In this document: one piece after another, positions 28,439-38,298 of the stretch
Layout of the letters: every line of letters starts with the position of its first letter
Numbering within the stretch: position 1 is the stretch's first letter
NCBI GenBank assembly: GCA_041640595.1
Contig: JBEPZY010000005.1
Span: 1-64,000 of the forward strand
Direction of reading: 5' to 3'
DNA: 64,000 nt
DNA from: Gemmatales bacterium
GTDB taxonomy: Bacteria; Planctomycetota; Planctomycetia; Gemmatales; HRBIN36
Translations under genes and position numbers: made by a program
The notes under the pieces: generated by a model
What the model was told of the DNA's origin: nothing
What the model saw: the letters and a program-made list of their open reading frames with translations, nothing else
The model's database searches: none

Positions 28439-29845
28439 ATGACTCGGGCAATCCCTTCCCGCAGCGAGGTAAAAGTTCGCAGGGAGTCGGGACGTTTAGC
28501 CGGCTTGACCCGGCGCGAATGGATGCAGGTGACCGGGCTCGGCGCCGCCGGTTGGAGCGTTTCCGGTTGGTTTGGTCTTTTGGCGCAAGCCTTGAGCCGT
28601 GAACCAAACCGCAAAAAATGCTGTATCCTGCTGTGGATGGCCGGAGGTCCGAGCCAGCTGGATACCTTCGACCCCAAACCCAATCATGCCAACGGCGGGC
28701 AGTTCAAGCCGATTGCCACAGCCGTGCCCGGTATCCAGATTTGTGAAACTCTGCCGCGACTGGCCACGCACATGAAAGAACTGGTGCTGGTGCGTTCCAT
28801 GCAAACGCGGGAAGCCGATCACGGACGGGGAATGTTCTTGATGCACACGGGTCGTTTGCCGGGTGGGCCGGTGCAATATCCCTCCCTGGGCGCGTTCCTT
28901 TCCAAAGAACTGGCGGACGAGAATGCCGATTTGCCGAGTTATGTCGCCATCGCGCCGAATCAGTTGCTCAGTCCGACGGCATTGTCTGCCGGTTTTCTCG
29001 GGCCTCGCCATGCTCCTTTGGTGCTGGGCGGAAATGTGTCGCTGACCGGGGCTCGGCCCGGCGACAGTGGCGATTACGAACGCGCGTTGCGTTTGCCCGA
29101 CCTCGACCCGATGGTGGCCCTGCCCGCGCAACAGCGGGAGGAACGCTGGCGATTGCTGGCAGAGCAAACAGGCGAGTTCAGCCGCGAACGCCCCGATCCC
29201 GTCGTGGGCAGTTTGCAGGAAGCCTACCAGCGAGCCGTGCGACTGATGCGCTCGCGGGCCGCCGGTGCTTTTGAGCTGGACGAAGAAAAACCGGCTCTCC
29301 GCGATGCCTACGGTCGCAATTTGTTTGGACAGGGATGCTTGCTGGCGCGGCGTTTGATCGAACGGGGTGTCGCGTTTGTGGAAGTGACGCTCAGCCAGGC
29401 TCCCGGAGTACCTGGCGGCCTGGGCTGGGATACGCACCAAAACAACTTCCCCCTGGTTCGATCGCTGTGTCAGGTGCTGGACGCGGCCTGGAGCACACTT
29501 CTGGATGACCTGCGGGATCGCGGCTTGCTCGACGACACGCTGGTGATCTGGATGGGTGAATTTGGGCGAACCCCACGCATCAACAACAACGCCGGGCGGG
29601 ATCACTGGGCCAATGGCTGGACGGCTGTGCTGGCCGGCGGCGGACTTCGTGGGGGTCAGGTCGTCGGACGCACCAGTGCCGACGGGATGACCATCGAGGA
29701 ACGGCCGGTCAGCGCCGCCGATTTTCTGGCTACCATCTGTCTGGCTCTGGGCGTGGATCCGACCAAACAGAATCTTTCCAACATAGGTCGGCCCATTCCC
29801 CTGGTGGAACGCAACGCCCAGCCGATTCGGGAGGTTTTGCCATGA
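28439..29845 (+). CDS. DUF1501 protein with twin-arginine signal
   Basis: TRREWM Tat motif; LWMAGGPSQLDTFDPKP, LARRLIERGV, WDTH, GEFGRTP, RDHW. Confidence 0.92.
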   Translation: MTRAIPSRSEVKVRRESGRLAGLTRREWMQVTGLGAAGWSVSGWFGLLAQALSREPNRKKCCILLWMAGGPSQLDTFDPKPNHANGGQFKPIATAVPGIQICETLPRLATHMKELVLVRSMQTREADHGRGMFLMHTGRLPGGPVQYPSLGAFLSKELADENADLPSYVAIAPNQLLSPTALSAGFLGPRHAPLVLGGNVSLTGARPGDSGDYERALRLPDLDPMVALPAQQREERWRLLAEQTGEFSRERPDPVVGSLQEAYQRAVRLMRSRAAGAFELDEEKPALRDAYGRNLFGQGCLLARRLIERGVAFVEVTLSQAPGVPGGLGWDTHQNNFPLVRSLCQVLDAAWSTLLDDLRDRGLLDDTLVIWMGEFGRTPRINNNAGRDHWANGWTAVLAGGGLRGGQVVGRTSADGMTIEERPVSAADFLATICLALGVDPTKQNLSNIGRPIPLVERNAQPIREVLP

Positions 29846-31641
29846 TTCGCTGGCGCACACGTTTCGGCCGGCCGCCGATGCTGCCTGCACTGTTGCTTCT
29901 GGGGACAACGTTGCTCCTGGCCCAGGAGAAAAAGCCGACCACCGACCCCGCCGAGAAGCGCGACGAGGTGCCGGTACTTTTGCTTACCAGCGAACGGCCC
30001 ATCCTGGTCGGTTTCCGCGTCTTTCTGGACGATCAGCCGCTGGCCAGCCACTGGCGAGGGCAGGTCGAAAAACTCTTTCGCTTCCTGGATCGCGACGGCG
30101 ATGGTCGGCTTGACAGACACGAATGGCAGCGATTGACTCCGGGTAATGCCGGCGGCCCATCTCCTGCCGACCATGACGCCGATGGGTTCGTCTCCCTCGA
30201 CGAGTTTTGCCGATGGTTACGGGAAGTTAACCTGGGCCCCTTGAAAGTGGGCGTTTATACGCTCAGCAGCAACCGTTATGTGAGCATCGGTGGTCGGCCA
30301 ACCGATCCGGTGCAGTTAGGACGAGCCTTGTTCGGCTTGCTCGATTTGAACCGCGATGGCCGGCTGGACAGCCAGGAAATCGCTGCGGCGGAGCAGACCC
30401 TCCGGCGGCTCGACCAGGATGACGACGAAGCGGTTACCGTCGAGGAAATCCTTCGCGGCTGGGCGGCTCAATCGCTGCCCATAAAACCCGGAACCGCTAC
30501 CGGCACCGAGTCCCTGCTCACTACGCCCTCGTTGGTGATTGTGGATTCGGATCAGGCTGGGGACAGGGCGGTTCGTCTGGTGCTAACACTCTACGGGCAG
30601 TTCGAAAAGGGTAACCCGCGCATACAACTGCGGGCCGAGCATCTGCGCTATCCGCCGCAATTGTTTGCTGAACTCGACCGCAATGGCGACGGTGTGTTGG
30701 ATGGCGAAGAGTTACGCGGACTGGTACGGCGTCCGGCCGACGTGGAAATTACCCTCCGTCTGTCTCAAAAGGGCCAACCCAGGCCCGAAGCGGTTTTCGA
30801 GAAAGTCCATACCCGCTACGACCTCCGCGTGGATTGCCAACCCGAGCAACTCATCCTTCGTACCGAACGAACCCAGGTGCCCATCTCGGCCAGTCTCTGG
30901 CTCGCCCTGACCGGCACACAAACCGATTCGGCAGCGGCTCGGGACAAGATGCTCCGGAATTACTTCCGCTCCCTCGATCGCGACCAGAACGGGTACCTCG
31001 ACCAGCGTGAATTGGCTCTGCTTACGACGCTTTACGGCATGGGCGGTTCGCTGGTGGTTTCCTGTTCGTTCGCCGACCTCGACCGTGATGGCGATGGCAA
31101 GGTCGTGGAAAGTGAGTTCCTGAGCGGATTCGAACCGTTCCTGGCCATGCAAACGCTCAGCCAGCAAATGAGCCTCTCCCTGCTGATGACCCCGCAAGGG
31201 CCAGGTTTACTCAGCCATTTGGACAGCAATGGCGACGGCAAACTCGGTATCCGCGAATGGCGTCGAGCCGCGCAGACTTTGCGGAGCCTCGACCGTAACG
31301 GCGACGGCGTTGTGGAGTGGGGCGAACTGGGCTGGCACTATCTGCTGGATATCGCTGCGGGCGACCAGGGAATATCGGGCATTGCGGGTCTGCGACCCCT
31401 GGCCGGCAAGCCGTTGCCGCAAGTGGAACCGAGGAAGCCGGCGAACGCTCCTGCCTGGTTTCTGGCGATGGATCGCAATGGGGACGGCGACATTTCCCGT
31501 CGGGAGTTTGTGGGTAGCGACGAAGAGTTTCGCCGCCTCGATCTGGACGGAGACGGCTTGATCAGTTTGCAGGAGGCCTTGCGAGCAACTGCCGTTCCGC
31601 CTGAAACAAAACCGCCTGCCACACCGCCCAAGCCACGGTAA
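29842..31641 (+). CDS. Secreted multi-EF-hand (DxDxDG) protein
   Basis: Signal peptide; about 11 DxD/NxDG-type loops (e.g. DRDGDGRLD, DRNGDGVLD, DLDGDGLIS). Confidence 0.85.
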   Translation: MIRWRTRFGRPPMLPALLLLGTTLLLAQEKKPTTDPAEKRDEVPVLLLTSERPILVGFRVFLDDQPLASHWRGQVEKLFRFLDRDGDGRLDRHEWQRLTPGNAGGPSPADHDADGFVSLDEFCRWLREVNLGPLKVGVYTLSSNRYVSIGGRPTDPVQLGRALFGLLDLNRDGRLDSQEIAAAEQTLRRLDQDDDEAVTVEEILRGWAAQSLPIKPGTATGTESLLTTPSLVIVDSDQAGDRAVRLVLTLYGQFEKGNPRIQLRAEHLRYPPQLFAELDRNGDGVLDGEELRGLVRRPADVEITLRLSQKGQPRPEAVFEKVHTRYDLRVDCQPEQLILRTERTQVPISASLWLALTGTQTDSAAARDKMLRNYFRSLDRDQNGYLDQRELALLTTLYGMGGSLVVSCSFADLDRDGDGKVVESEFLSGFEPFLAMQTLSQQMSLSLLMTPQGPGLLSHLDSNGDGKLGIREWRRAAQTLRSLDRNGDGVVEWGELGWHYLLDIAAGDQGISGIAGLRPLAGKPLPQVEPRKPANAPAWFLAMDRNGDGDISRREFVGSDEEFRRLDLDGDGLISLQEALRATAVPPETKPPATPPKPR

Positions 31642-31682
31642 CCGCACGACCGAAACACCGCATTTTCCGGACTAAGTTCACC

Positions 31683-32540
31683 ACCAGGAGCGGCGAACGT
31701 CAGCCCGCCGTGGTGAACGTTCGACCGCGCTGGCAAAAGCATAACGAATCATGTCCCGCGAACAATGACCACCGGACCAGGAGCGGCGGGCGTTAGCCCG
31801 CCGTGGTGTTCGGGAAACGCACTTGCAGGAACGCCGCCGTAAAGTCGCGGGAGACCGCCGGCACTTTGCTCACGAGCGCCGGCGCTGCTGCACCGGCGAA
31901 ACCACGGGGGGCTTACGCCCCCCGCTCTTGGCACTGTTAGAACGGCCGTCTGCCGGAATAATGACGATTTTTCCGATGCACAAACGCACGCTCACAAGAG
32001 TGGCGGGCGTCAGCCCGCCGTGGTGCCGAAAACCGCATTTGCAACGGCGACCGACTTTTCCGAACCCAGCACGTTCGCCCCGGCACGATTGGTTTCCATC
32101 CCACGGCTGGCTTACGTCAGCCGCTCTTGGTCGGATGCGCGGCGGCGTTTGCACAGTAACGCTTGTGTTCCGCCGGTTCGTTTGCGTGTCACGGGGGGCT
32201 TACGCCCCCCCGCTCTTGTATTGCGTTGCGAACGTCTGTCGGCGAAAAACGATTTTTTCGATGCACAAACGCACGTTCACAGGAGCGGCGGGCGTCAGCC
32301 CGCCGTGGTGAACATTGCGCCGGGAAAATCGCCAACGCTGATCGCCGCCCGTCAGGTCGCCGTGGTTCGGTAACGCACTTGCGAGGGCAAGCGTTTTTCA
32401 CCGACGGAGCATGTCCGCATACCACGGCTGGCTTACGCCAGCCGCTCCTGGTCGTAACCGCAGATGCTGTTTCTGGTGTGTGTTTCGTACCCGCGAGTAC
32501 GATACCCACCTACGGGTGGCTTACACCAGCCGCTCCTGGG
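31683..32540. repeat. Second REP/REPIN array of the same family (9 units)
   Basis: Units at about 31683, 31777, 31902, 31994, 32101, 32190, 32279, 32422 and 32510. Confidence 0.85.
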
Positions 32541-32699
32541 GGGACGACGTTCGGGCGGTGCGGAATACGCGATCGGCTAATGTCACGGCAAGTTCGCGGG
32601 AGCGTCCGGGCGAAAAGAGGGGGGCTTCTCCGTGCGGAGTGCGCGATGGGCAAACGACCCGGCCAGGGTGGTTTTTCTTCGTCGTACAATACCAGCGCC

Positions 32700-34118
32700 A
32701 TGTCCACGGAGAAAAACGCCCCAGCGCATGACCAGTCCCGTGCCGACGATGTGCCGGCAGCCGGGCAGGAGACGGTCTGCGAAACAAACGGCGGGGAGCA
32801 GTCTGCCCCTGCGGAATCGCCGCTGATGGCGAAAGTGCGGCAGTTGCCGAATCGGCCCGGCGTGTATCTGATGAAAGACAGCCAGGGACGGGTCATTTAC
32901 GTCGGTAAAGCCAAGAACCTTCGACACCGTGTGGCTCATTATTTCACTCGCCAGGCGGCTCAGGATCGCCGTACTGCTGACCTGGTGCGTCTTATTGCCG
33001 ATTTCGACTACCTCGAAGCCGAGACCGAGGTAGATGCACTGCTCATGGAAGCGCGGCTCATCAAGGACATCCAGCCGCGTTTCAACATCGAACTCAAGGA
33101 CGATAAAAGTTTCCCCTATTTGCAGATTCGCTTGCGGGAACCTTATCCGCGGGTGGAGTTTACACGGTCGCCGCGACAGCGGGGTGTCAAACTCTACGGT
33201 CCGTTCACCAGTGCCCGTGGCTTACGGGCAGCGATTCAGGTATTGCAGCGCATCTTCAAATTCCGCACCTGTTCGCTGGATATTGATCCGGGCGAGTCCA
33301 ACTGGCGCTGGTATCGTCCGTGTATCCTGCACAGTATTGGTCAGTGCACCGCTCCGTGCAATCTGCGGGTTAGTCCTGAGGATTATCGGGAGCAGATTCG
33401 CCAGCTCCGCATGGTTCTGGAAGGCAAGAAGAACCAGCTGATCCAGGAAATGGAAGTGCAGATGCGGGAAGCAGCGGCTCAGTTGCAGTTTGAAAAGGCA
33501 GCCCGCCTGCGCGATGATATTCGCGCTCTGCAAGCGTTGCAGTTACGCGGTGAACTGGACAAACATGTCCAGCCGGAAGTCTTCGTTATGAACCCCAAGC
33601 GTGGTGTGCTGGGCTTGCAGAAGGTGCTGCGCCTGGCCAAACCGCCCCGCGTTATCGAAGGATTCGATATTGCTCACCTGCAGGGCAGTGATGCGGTGGG
33701 GTCGCTGGTCACTTTCCTGGATGGTTTGCCCTTCAAGCCGGGTTATCGCCGCTTTCGTATTCGCACGGTTAGTGGTGTGGATGATTTTGCCGCTCTGCGC
33801 GAGGTTCTGACCCGTCGCTATCGCCGATTGCTCGCGGATCCTGAGGGGGTAACTCCCGACGTCGTGCTCATAGATGGCGGAAAAGGACAACTGCATGCCG
33901 CCCGGGATGCCTTTGTCGCTCTGGGTATGGAACCGCCTGTCCTTCTGGCACTGGCCAAGCGGGAAGAATTGATCTTCTGCCTCGACCGCGACGAACCGCT
34001 CCGGCTCAGCCGAGCTTCTGCGGCGCTGCGGTTGTTGCAATACGTCCGCGACGAAGCTCACCGTTTCGCCCAGCATTACCATCACCTGCTCCGCCACAAA
34101 CATCTGGAGGAAGATTGA
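32700..34118 (+). CDS. uvrC: Excinuclease ABC subunit C, compact form
   Basis: PGVYLM..VIYVGKA GIY-YIG, DDKSFPY, Cys cluster, FEKAARLRD UVR, IEGFDIAH, DGGKGQL, RDEAHRFA; the upstream in-frame extension is repeat DNA. Confidence 0.93.
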   Translation: MSTEKNAPAHDQSRADDVPAAGQETVCETNGGEQSAPAESPLMAKVRQLPNRPGVYLMKDSQGRVIYVGKAKNLRHRVAHYFTRQAAQDRRTADLVRLIADFDYLEAETEVDALLMEARLIKDIQPRFNIELKDDKSFPYLQIRLREPYPRVEFTRSPRQRGVKLYGPFTSARGLRAAIQVLQRIFKFRTCSLDIDPGESNWRWYRPCILHSIGQCTAPCNLRVSPEDYREQIRQLRMVLEGKKNQLIQEMEVQMREAAAQLQFEKAARLRDDIRALQALQLRGELDKHVQPEVFVMNPKRGVLGLQKVLRLAKPPRVIEGFDIAHLQGSDAVGSLVTFLDGLPFKPGYRRFRIRTVSGVDDFAALREVLTRRYRRLLADPEGVTPDVVLIDGGKGQLHAARDAFVALGMEPPVLLALAKREELIFCLDRDEPLRLSRASAALRLLQYVRDEAHRFAQHYHHLLRHKHLEED

Positions 34119-34321
34119 AACCGTCAGGAGCGATGAAAACGGTCGGCTCTAACGTGGTGGGCAGCAGGGAGTTGTGGCATTGCCTGTTCCCGACATTGGA
34201 TTCCGCACGAAGCGGGCGTGTCAGGCCTGCGACGAAAGCAGTGCGTATCTGGTTCAGCTTTTCAGGTTCCCGGCGAGGCGGGCGCGGTGGGCCAGGCCAG
34301 CCGGTAAAAATTTCGGCGGCC

Positions 34322-34350
34322 TTGAAACTCACCCGCCCAGGCTGTACACT
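34322..34350 (+). promoter_or_regulatory. Sigma-70-type promoter of rpsO
   Basis: TTGAAA-17 bp-TACACT, about 70 bp upstream of the ATG. Confidence 0.6.
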
Positions 34351-34418
34351 GATTACGGAACGATGATGTGGGGAAATGGTCACGAAGCGGACGACGCCTG
34401 ACGAAGCGAGGGCGGAAA

Positions 34419-34688
34419 ATGGCGATTACTAAGGAGCAAAAGACGGAGATCATTCAGCAGTACCGGCGGAGCGAAAGTGATACCGGCTCGCCGGAGGTGC
34501 AGATTGCGCTATTGACCGCCCGCATCCAGGAACTGACCGAGCATCTCAAGCAGCACCGCAAGGATTACTCCAGCCGACGCGGTTTGCTGATGCTGGTCAG
34601 CAAACGTAATCGCCTGCTCAAGTACATCCGCAATAAGGCCCCGCAGCGCTACTTCGAAGTAGTCCAGCGGCTGGGTTTGCGGAAGTAA
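34419..34688 (+). CDS. rpsO: 30S ribosomal protein S15
   Basis: 89 aa; [29 protein letters not shown]. Confidence 0.97.
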   Translation: MAITKEQKTEIIQQYRRSESDTGSPEVQIALLTARIQELTEHLKQHRKDYSSRRGLLMLVSKRNRLLKYIRNKAPQRYFEVVQRLGLRK

Positions 34689-34985
34689 CAGTTGGGGCGA
34701 ACTGGGGAGTCAGGCGTTGGCTGGGGTGTCGCTCGCCGACACCGTGCAGGAACAGGGCTGGCATGAACCTGCCAGCACTTTTTCCTGGGCGACCCCATCT
34801 CGCCTGGCCGCTGTAGCGGTTCGTGAGAACCGCAGCGAGCCCAAACAGCCGAGGGCGGGTTCCCAGCTTCGTTGGGTGCCGTTCGCGCCACCGTCCCCGA
34901 CACTCGGAAGCGGGTGTCTTTGCGGTGGATAAGTGAGCTGCCAATTGGCTCAGGGCAGCCGAACGCAGCTATGAGGAGTGCAGAA

Positions 34986-37262
34986 GTGAGTGTTGTCCGT
35001 GTCGAACGCGTCATCGGTAGGCATCCTCTGATCATCGAAACCGGTAAACTGGCCAAACAGGCGCATGGAGCGGTTACCGTACAGTATGCGGATGGCGTTG
35101 TGCTGGTGGCAGCCGTCGAGGGACAGGCTCAGCCAGGCCAGGATTTCTTTCCCCTCACGGTAGATTACCGCGAGAAAACTTACGCGGCGGGAAAGTTTCC
35201 CGGCGGCTTTATCAAACGCGAAGGCCGACCCACGACGAAAGAGATTCTCACGAGCCGGCTTATAGACCGTCCGATTCGGCCGTTGTTTCCTGCCCATTAC
35301 TACAACGAGGTGCAGATTCAGGCGATCGTGCTTTCCGCCGACCCCGATTACGATCCCGATGTGCTGGCAATGATCGGAGCCAGTGCGGCGTTGCATATTT
35401 CGCATATTCCGTTTTTCGGACCGACAGGAGCGATTCGCCTGGGTCGCGTAGATGGACAACTGGTCGTCCTGCCTACCTATGACGAAGTGGAGACCGGCGA
35501 GTTGGACCTGGTGGTTTCGGGAACCCGCGATGCCGTGACCATGATCGAAGGGTTCGCCCGCGAGCTTCCCGAAGAGGACATGGTGCAGGCCATTCTGCGG
35601 GCCCACCAGGAATCGCTGGCGGTAATCGAGATGATTCAGGAGTTGCGCGATCGGCTCGGTTTGCCGCCGAAAGAGATACCTCCACCACCGCCTAATCCGT
35701 TACGCGAGTTGTTCCTGGAGCGTTTTTATCAGGAAATGCGGGAAGCCAAACTGACCCCCAAGAAGCAGGAACGCAAGGAAAAAGTCGAGGCACTGAAGCA
35801 GCGGATCTGGCAGGAATTTCTGCCAGCTACCCAGGGGAGTGATGGCCAGCCGACCCCCTGGACGGAAGCGCAGGTTCAGGAAGCCTTCCTTCACCTGGAA
35901 GAGCGAGTGGTGCGCGACCTGGCTCTGGAAGGAAAACGTCTGGATGGTCGCGGACCAAAGGACCTGCGACCGATTTCCTGCGAAGTGGGTGTGCTGCCCC
36001 GCACGCATGGCTCGGCTCTGTTTACTCGAGGAGAGACGCAGGCTCTGGTCACCACCACGCTCGGCACCGTCAGCGATGAGCAGAAAGTTGAGGGCCTGGC
36101 CGAGGAATACACCAAAAAGTTCATGCTCGATTACAACTTTCCGCCGTTCAGCGTCGGGGAAGTGCGTCCGATTCGCGGTCCCGGTCGGCGAGAGGTTGGG
36201 CATGGAGCCCTGGCGGAACGGTCTTTGAAAGCGGTTATGCCTACTCCGGAAGAGTTCCCGTACACCATTCGCGTGGTTTCGGAGATTCTGGAGTCGAACG
36301 GTTCCAGCAGCATGGCTACCGTGTGCGGGGCGACGCTCAGCCTCATGGATGCGGGTGTTCCGATCCTGCAACCGGTGGCGGGCATTTCCATCGGCCTGGT
36401 CAAGGAAGGCGACCGTTATGTGCTGTTGACTGACATCATGGGAGATGAAGACCATTACGGCGACATGGATTTCAAGGTGGCCGGTACCGGTTACGGTATC
36501 ACCGGCATTCAGCTCGACCTGAAGATAGCCGGCATCACCGAGCAAATTATCCGCGAGACCTTGCAGCAAGCCCGCGAGGCTCGGGCTCGCATCCTGCAAA
36601 TCATGCTCCAGACCATTCCGCGTCCGCGACCCGAAATCAGCAAAAACGCTCCCAAGCTGTTTGTGCTGCGGATTGACCCGGAAAAAATTGGCCTGCTTAT
36701 CGGTCCCGGTGGCAAGACGGTCAAAGCGATCCAGGACGAATACCACTGCCGCATTGACATTGCCGAAGATGGCACCGTGGCCATCTGCTGCTACGACCAC
36801 GATAAGGCCGATCTCGCTCTCAACAAGGTGCGTTCGCTCACCGAGGAAATCCGTGTCGGCAACATTTACGATGGCAAGGTGGTGGGCATCAAGGAATTCG
36901 GAGCGTTTGTCGAAATCCTGCCGGGAAAGGACGGTTTAGTGCACATTAGCGAACTGGACGACAAGTACGTCTCCCGCGTGGAAGACGTGGTCAAAATTGG
37001 CGACCGGATTCCCGTGAAAGTGATCGCCATTGACGAGCAAAATCGGCTGAAGCTGTCGCGGAAGGCGGCCTTGCGCGAGCAACTCGCCGCCCAGGGAGCC
37101 GGTACTCCTGCCGGGGAAGAAACGGCTGAGGTGTCGGAAACCGCGCCGGCCCCATCCTCCACGGAAGCCGAAGGAACGGGGATTCGACGGGAAGGCTATC
37201 GGCGAGAGTTGAGCCGACGACCACCGCCGCGCCGTCGGGATCACCGCGATCGCTACCGCTAA
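34986..37262 (+). CDS. pnp: Polyribonucleotide nucleotidyltransferase (PNPase)
   Basis: DFFPLTVDYREK, SRLIDRPIRPLF, HGSALFTRGETQ, SNGSSSMA, GDMDFKVAG, KH and S1 domains; GTG with GAGGAG RBS; follows rpsO. Confidence 0.97.
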   Translation: MSVVRVERVIGRHPLIIETGKLAKQAHGAVTVQYADGVVLVAAVEGQAQPGQDFFPLTVDYREKTYAAGKFPGGFIKREGRPTTKEILTSRLIDRPIRPLFPAHYYNEVQIQAIVLSADPDYDPDVLAMIGASAALHISHIPFFGPTGAIRLGRVDGQLVVLPTYDEVETGELDLVVSGTRDAVTMIEGFARELPEEDMVQAILRAHQESLAVIEMIQELRDRLGLPPKEIPPPPPNPLRELFLERFYQEMREAKLTPKKQERKEKVEALKQRIWQEFLPATQGSDGQPTPWTEAQVQEAFLHLEERVVRDLALEGKRLDGRGPKDLRPISCEVGVLPRTHGSALFTRGETQALVTTTLGTVSDEQKVEGLAEEYTKKFMLDYNFPPFSVGEVRPIRGPGRREVGHGALAERSLKAVMPTPEEFPYTIRVVSEILESNGSSSMATVCGATLSLMDAGVPILQPVAGISIGLVKEGDRYVLLTDIMGDEDHYGDMDFKVAGTGYGITGIQLDLKIAGITEQIIRETLQQAREARARILQIMLQTIPRPRPEISKNAPKLFVLRIDPEKIGLLIGPGGKTVKAIQDEYHCRIDIAEDGTVAICCYDHDKADLALNKVRSLTEEIRVGNIYDGKVVGIKEFGAFVEILPGKDGLVHISELDDKYVSRVEDVVKIGDRIPVKVIAIDEQNRLKLSRKAALREQLAAQGAGTPAGEETAEVSETAPAPSSTEAEGTGIRREGYRRELSRRPPPRRRDHRDRYR

Positions 37263-37283
37263 GCTGCCACCAGGGCCGTCATC

Positions 37284-38039
37284 ATGAGCGCGCTGGCCCA
37301 CGAACCGGCAACAACCAGTTCAGCAGTCCCGGCAACGGATTTTGCCGGTCGGTACCAGGAACTGGCTGAGTTGGCCGGCCGACTCATTCACGAAATCAAA
37401 AACCATCTCGGCACCCTCAGCCTGAATCTCCAGTTGCTCCGCGAGGAGTTCCAGAATCCGACCACGCCACGCGAACGCCGCGCCTTGCAGCGCATCCAGC
37501 AATTGCAGCAAGAGTGTCAACGGCTGGCAGACCTTTCCAGCGAATTCCTGCGTTTTGCCCGTGTCGGCCAGTTGCAGCGCCGACCGGAAAACCTCGCCGC
37601 CCTCATTCAGGAACTGGCTGAGTTCGTTACACCGTCGTTGCAGCAGAAAGGAATTGAATTGCAAACGTTCGTGCCGGCGGATTTACCCACGGTGTGGCTC
37701 GACCGCGATCTGTTTCAGCAGGCGTTGCTCAACCTCATCCTCAATGCGGAACAGGCGATGCCCCACGGCGGACTGATCACCGTCCAGGCCGAACTGCTCG
37801 GCGACAGCGTCCAGTTGAGCATCATTGATACCGGTGAGGGGATGACGGCCGAGGTGCTGGCTCAGGTCTTTCGCCCGTTCTTTTCCACCCGCAAAGGCGG
37901 TAGCGGTCTCGGTTTGCCAATCACTCGCCGCATCGTAGAAGCCCACGGAGGCACTATCCGCATTCAGAGCGAACCCGGTCGCGGCACCCGGGTGGATATT
38001 CTCCTTCCGACCACCGGCGAGGAATCGGCGACGGCGTAG
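37284..38039 (+). CDS. Histidine kinase core (HisKA plus HATPase) without a sensor domain
   Basis: HEIKN H-box, NLILNA N-box, DTGEG, FFST, GSGLGL. Confidence 0.9.
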   Translation: MSALAHEPATTSSAVPATDFAGRYQELAELAGRLIHEIKNHLGTLSLNLQLLREEFQNPTTPRERRALQRIQQLQQECQRLADLSSEFLRFARVGQLQRRPENLAALIQELAEFVTPSLQQKGIELQTFVPADLPTVWLDRDLFQQALLNLILNAEQAMPHGGLITVQAELLGDSVQLSIIDTGEGMTAEVLAQVFRPFFSTRKGGSGLGLPITRRIVEAHGGTIRIQSEPGRGTRVDILLPTTGEESATA

Positions 38040-38298
38040 CGGCCAGGTCGCGTTGCGGCCGAGAACTGGCCGGCCTCGTCGGTAAGCCAGGCCGGATTTA
38101 CCCCAAGTGTAGTCTGTGATACACCTGGCCGATAAAATGCCAGCAGTCGCCGTATAAAAGCACGCCTGCCGGAAATGTGAGGGAAACATCCTTCGACCTG
38201 GTTCCGTAGCTCCGCGAAAGTAGGCCCGACTTACACGGAAGGGCCTCCGACTGTGGCTTACTGAAAATGCAGAAACAGAAGGGGAGGCAGACCGGAGC

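Noticed and set aside
32163..32699. 179 aa N-terminal extension of UvrC in the ORF track
   Set aside because: Mostly REP array sequence; a -10 box and ATG at 32700 give a more plausible start.
38126..38140. TGGCCGATAAAATGC as a sigma-54 promoter for the USP gene
   Set aside because: Spacing fits but the match is weak, and TAAAAT could equally be a sigma-70 -10 box.
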